Below the pieces are notes generated by a model. That model searched no databases. It was not told the origin of the DNA and worked only from the letters and a program-made list of their open reading frames with translations. DNA of 24,000 nt from positions 133,161-157,160 of the forward strand of contig DIWE01000009.1 of NCBI GenBank assembly GCA_002423435.1, written 5' to 3'. The position numbers and the translations under genes are program-made. Below, in pieces: positions 23,901 through 24,000 of this stretch. This DNA is from Clostridiales bacterium UBA6114 (lineage in GTDB: Bacteria > Bacillota > Clostridia > Oscillospirales > Butyricicoccaceae). Numbering within the stretch: the first letter of the stretch is position 1; each line of letters opens with the position of its first letter.

Positions 23901-24000
23901 TCGTGCATAAAGGCCTCGTGATCGAATAGGACGTCTCGTTTTGCGGCAGCCTCGCGCTTATTTCGTAAGTTCCCGCCTGATAAAACACAAGCGTGATTTT
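20956..24000 (-). CDS. Large surface protein, N-terminus outside the window: two DUF4430-like modules, a prenyltransferase/alpha-alpha-toroid-like repeat region, and three C-terminal SLH repeats
   Basis: The frame stays open to position 24000 (KITL precedes the GTG the ORF track uses), and there is no signal peptide at that GTG. DUF4430-like signatures are GWMYLVDGQSPSVGMGSYVLSGGEDIVVYY and SGWLYSVNGRFPQAGAGSYTLGDGDAVRWIY. Toroid-like repeats are QNLDGGYSL, TAMALQAL and ENGGFLSEGVNNSESAAQVVIAL. The SLH repeats are at the C-terminus (PWAVEAI..., FTDVPESVWYLKEV..., ASPWASEGVGAAY...). Its stop lies only 13 nt from the convergent spoVB stop. Confidence 0.8.
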   Translation of the reverse strand, partial: KITLVFYQAGTYEISARLPQNETSYSITRPLCTIIIPQGEADSKTVGVRVEGIYANVVDERDFSAQTTGDRLLTVSDAVKQALEQNGKAYAEAGGYFSSIGGEAEKTFGGYDGWMYLVDGQSPSVGMGSYVLSGGEDIVVYYGDFSTLYPKTALSRQADGSFRLCFTADGYDENWNPTVLPITGAEVTWDGSALPGLTDENGAISIAAESATSDAHSLQLRKNGAYDEGTGLYLPCIVRLPSDYTVGLYRADLRSAPADVPQEISVSSNTAYAGIRVAKGAALPGITATVADGGLSLLIPQGTVATSDDAGWDGEIALPRVEDNVALSGKTVDKTISAGAPGATLHFNKPVRLLIPGGAQKTIAYLDQAGNPVEIDTVLSGDNLSSAEAGLAAADKAEGKAETGGDTAVWTKHLTTFVSYSTAGGEEPDGGDGGAGTDRDTITLSVTGYNGQSLLSATTMELQSGDTPLSVLRRCGLSITVSSGYVKTIEGLSEFDHGGKSGWLYSVNGRFPQAGAGSYTLGDGDAVRWIYTVNGGADVGAPSVSETLAPVLSGEPEEYSEALSKVLTGFKKKSELSEWEIYALYAAGETAEQGQLDLIIEDIREQGGNIRKPTDLAKYVLTIGMAGLDPTDAGGYDLVEKLYRNRNLTMQGVNGPVFALIALNSGYYGVPQDALWTKDKLLSYILAAQNLDGGYSLEKGEKSDTDLTAMALQALAPYRGREDAKAAIDRALSFLSENQRENGGFLSEGVNNSESAAQVVIALTALDIDPLSDPAFIKGSNTALSALYSFMLGDNTFSHEEGGGSDEMATSQAALALAASSRYYAGKPPLYEIRPYYYDDLGNASPWAVEAIISATGDGIVNGTNGCFKPLNSVTRAEFSAMLVRMLGLEALSGGELPFTDVPESVWYLKEVRSAYENGVVTGFGGSFYPDKTITREEMAVMLARALRLESAQSGSAPRDLGAASPWASEGVGAAYASGLMTGSGGAFNPKGTVTREMAATVCARAFAMEKQAV

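Overview
High-GC (hand counts of about 55-63% in sampled lines) chromosomal segment from a spore-forming, S-layer-bearing Clostridia-type Firmicute; I cannot name the species. All family calls come from motifs read in the translations, with no database search. The window divides into five blocks. (1) Positions 1-6665 hold three consecutive minus-strand genes for secreted proteins with N-terminal SLH anchors. Two of them (884 aa and 859 aa) are collinear tandem paralogs. Each has its own sigma-A-like promoter, preceded by helically phased 11-bp TGTAA(C/T) direct repeats, and each is followed by a copy of the same GC-rich palindromic hairpin. (2) Positions 7283-7783 encode a small beta-rich protein with an N-terminal Cys-Cys motif. 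(3) Positions ~8060-11840 form a visibly AT-rich block. It carries a translationally coupled operon of two small polytopic membrane proteins, AgrB, and a 41-codon AgrD-type autoinducing-peptide precursor that is absent from the ORF track. A long perfect hairpin follows, then a polytopic membrane GGDEF + HD-GYP protein. No AgrC/AgrA pair is present in the window. This quorum-sensing/c-di-GMP juxtaposition is the most interesting candidate system here. (4) Positions 11846-19246 are a GntR(FCD)-controlled sugar-acid/lactone utilisation locus: a divergent SDR, TRAP Q-M-P, an MBL-fold hydrolase, an enolase-superfamily dehydratase and a second SDR. (5) Positions 19380-24000 hold spoVB, convergent with a large C-terminally SLH-anchored surface protein containing two DUF4430-like modules and an alpha/alpha-toroid repeat region. 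I found no rRNA, tRNA, CRISPR array, transposase or integrase. Most long ORFs on the opposite strands of these genes are GC-driven shadow ORFs.
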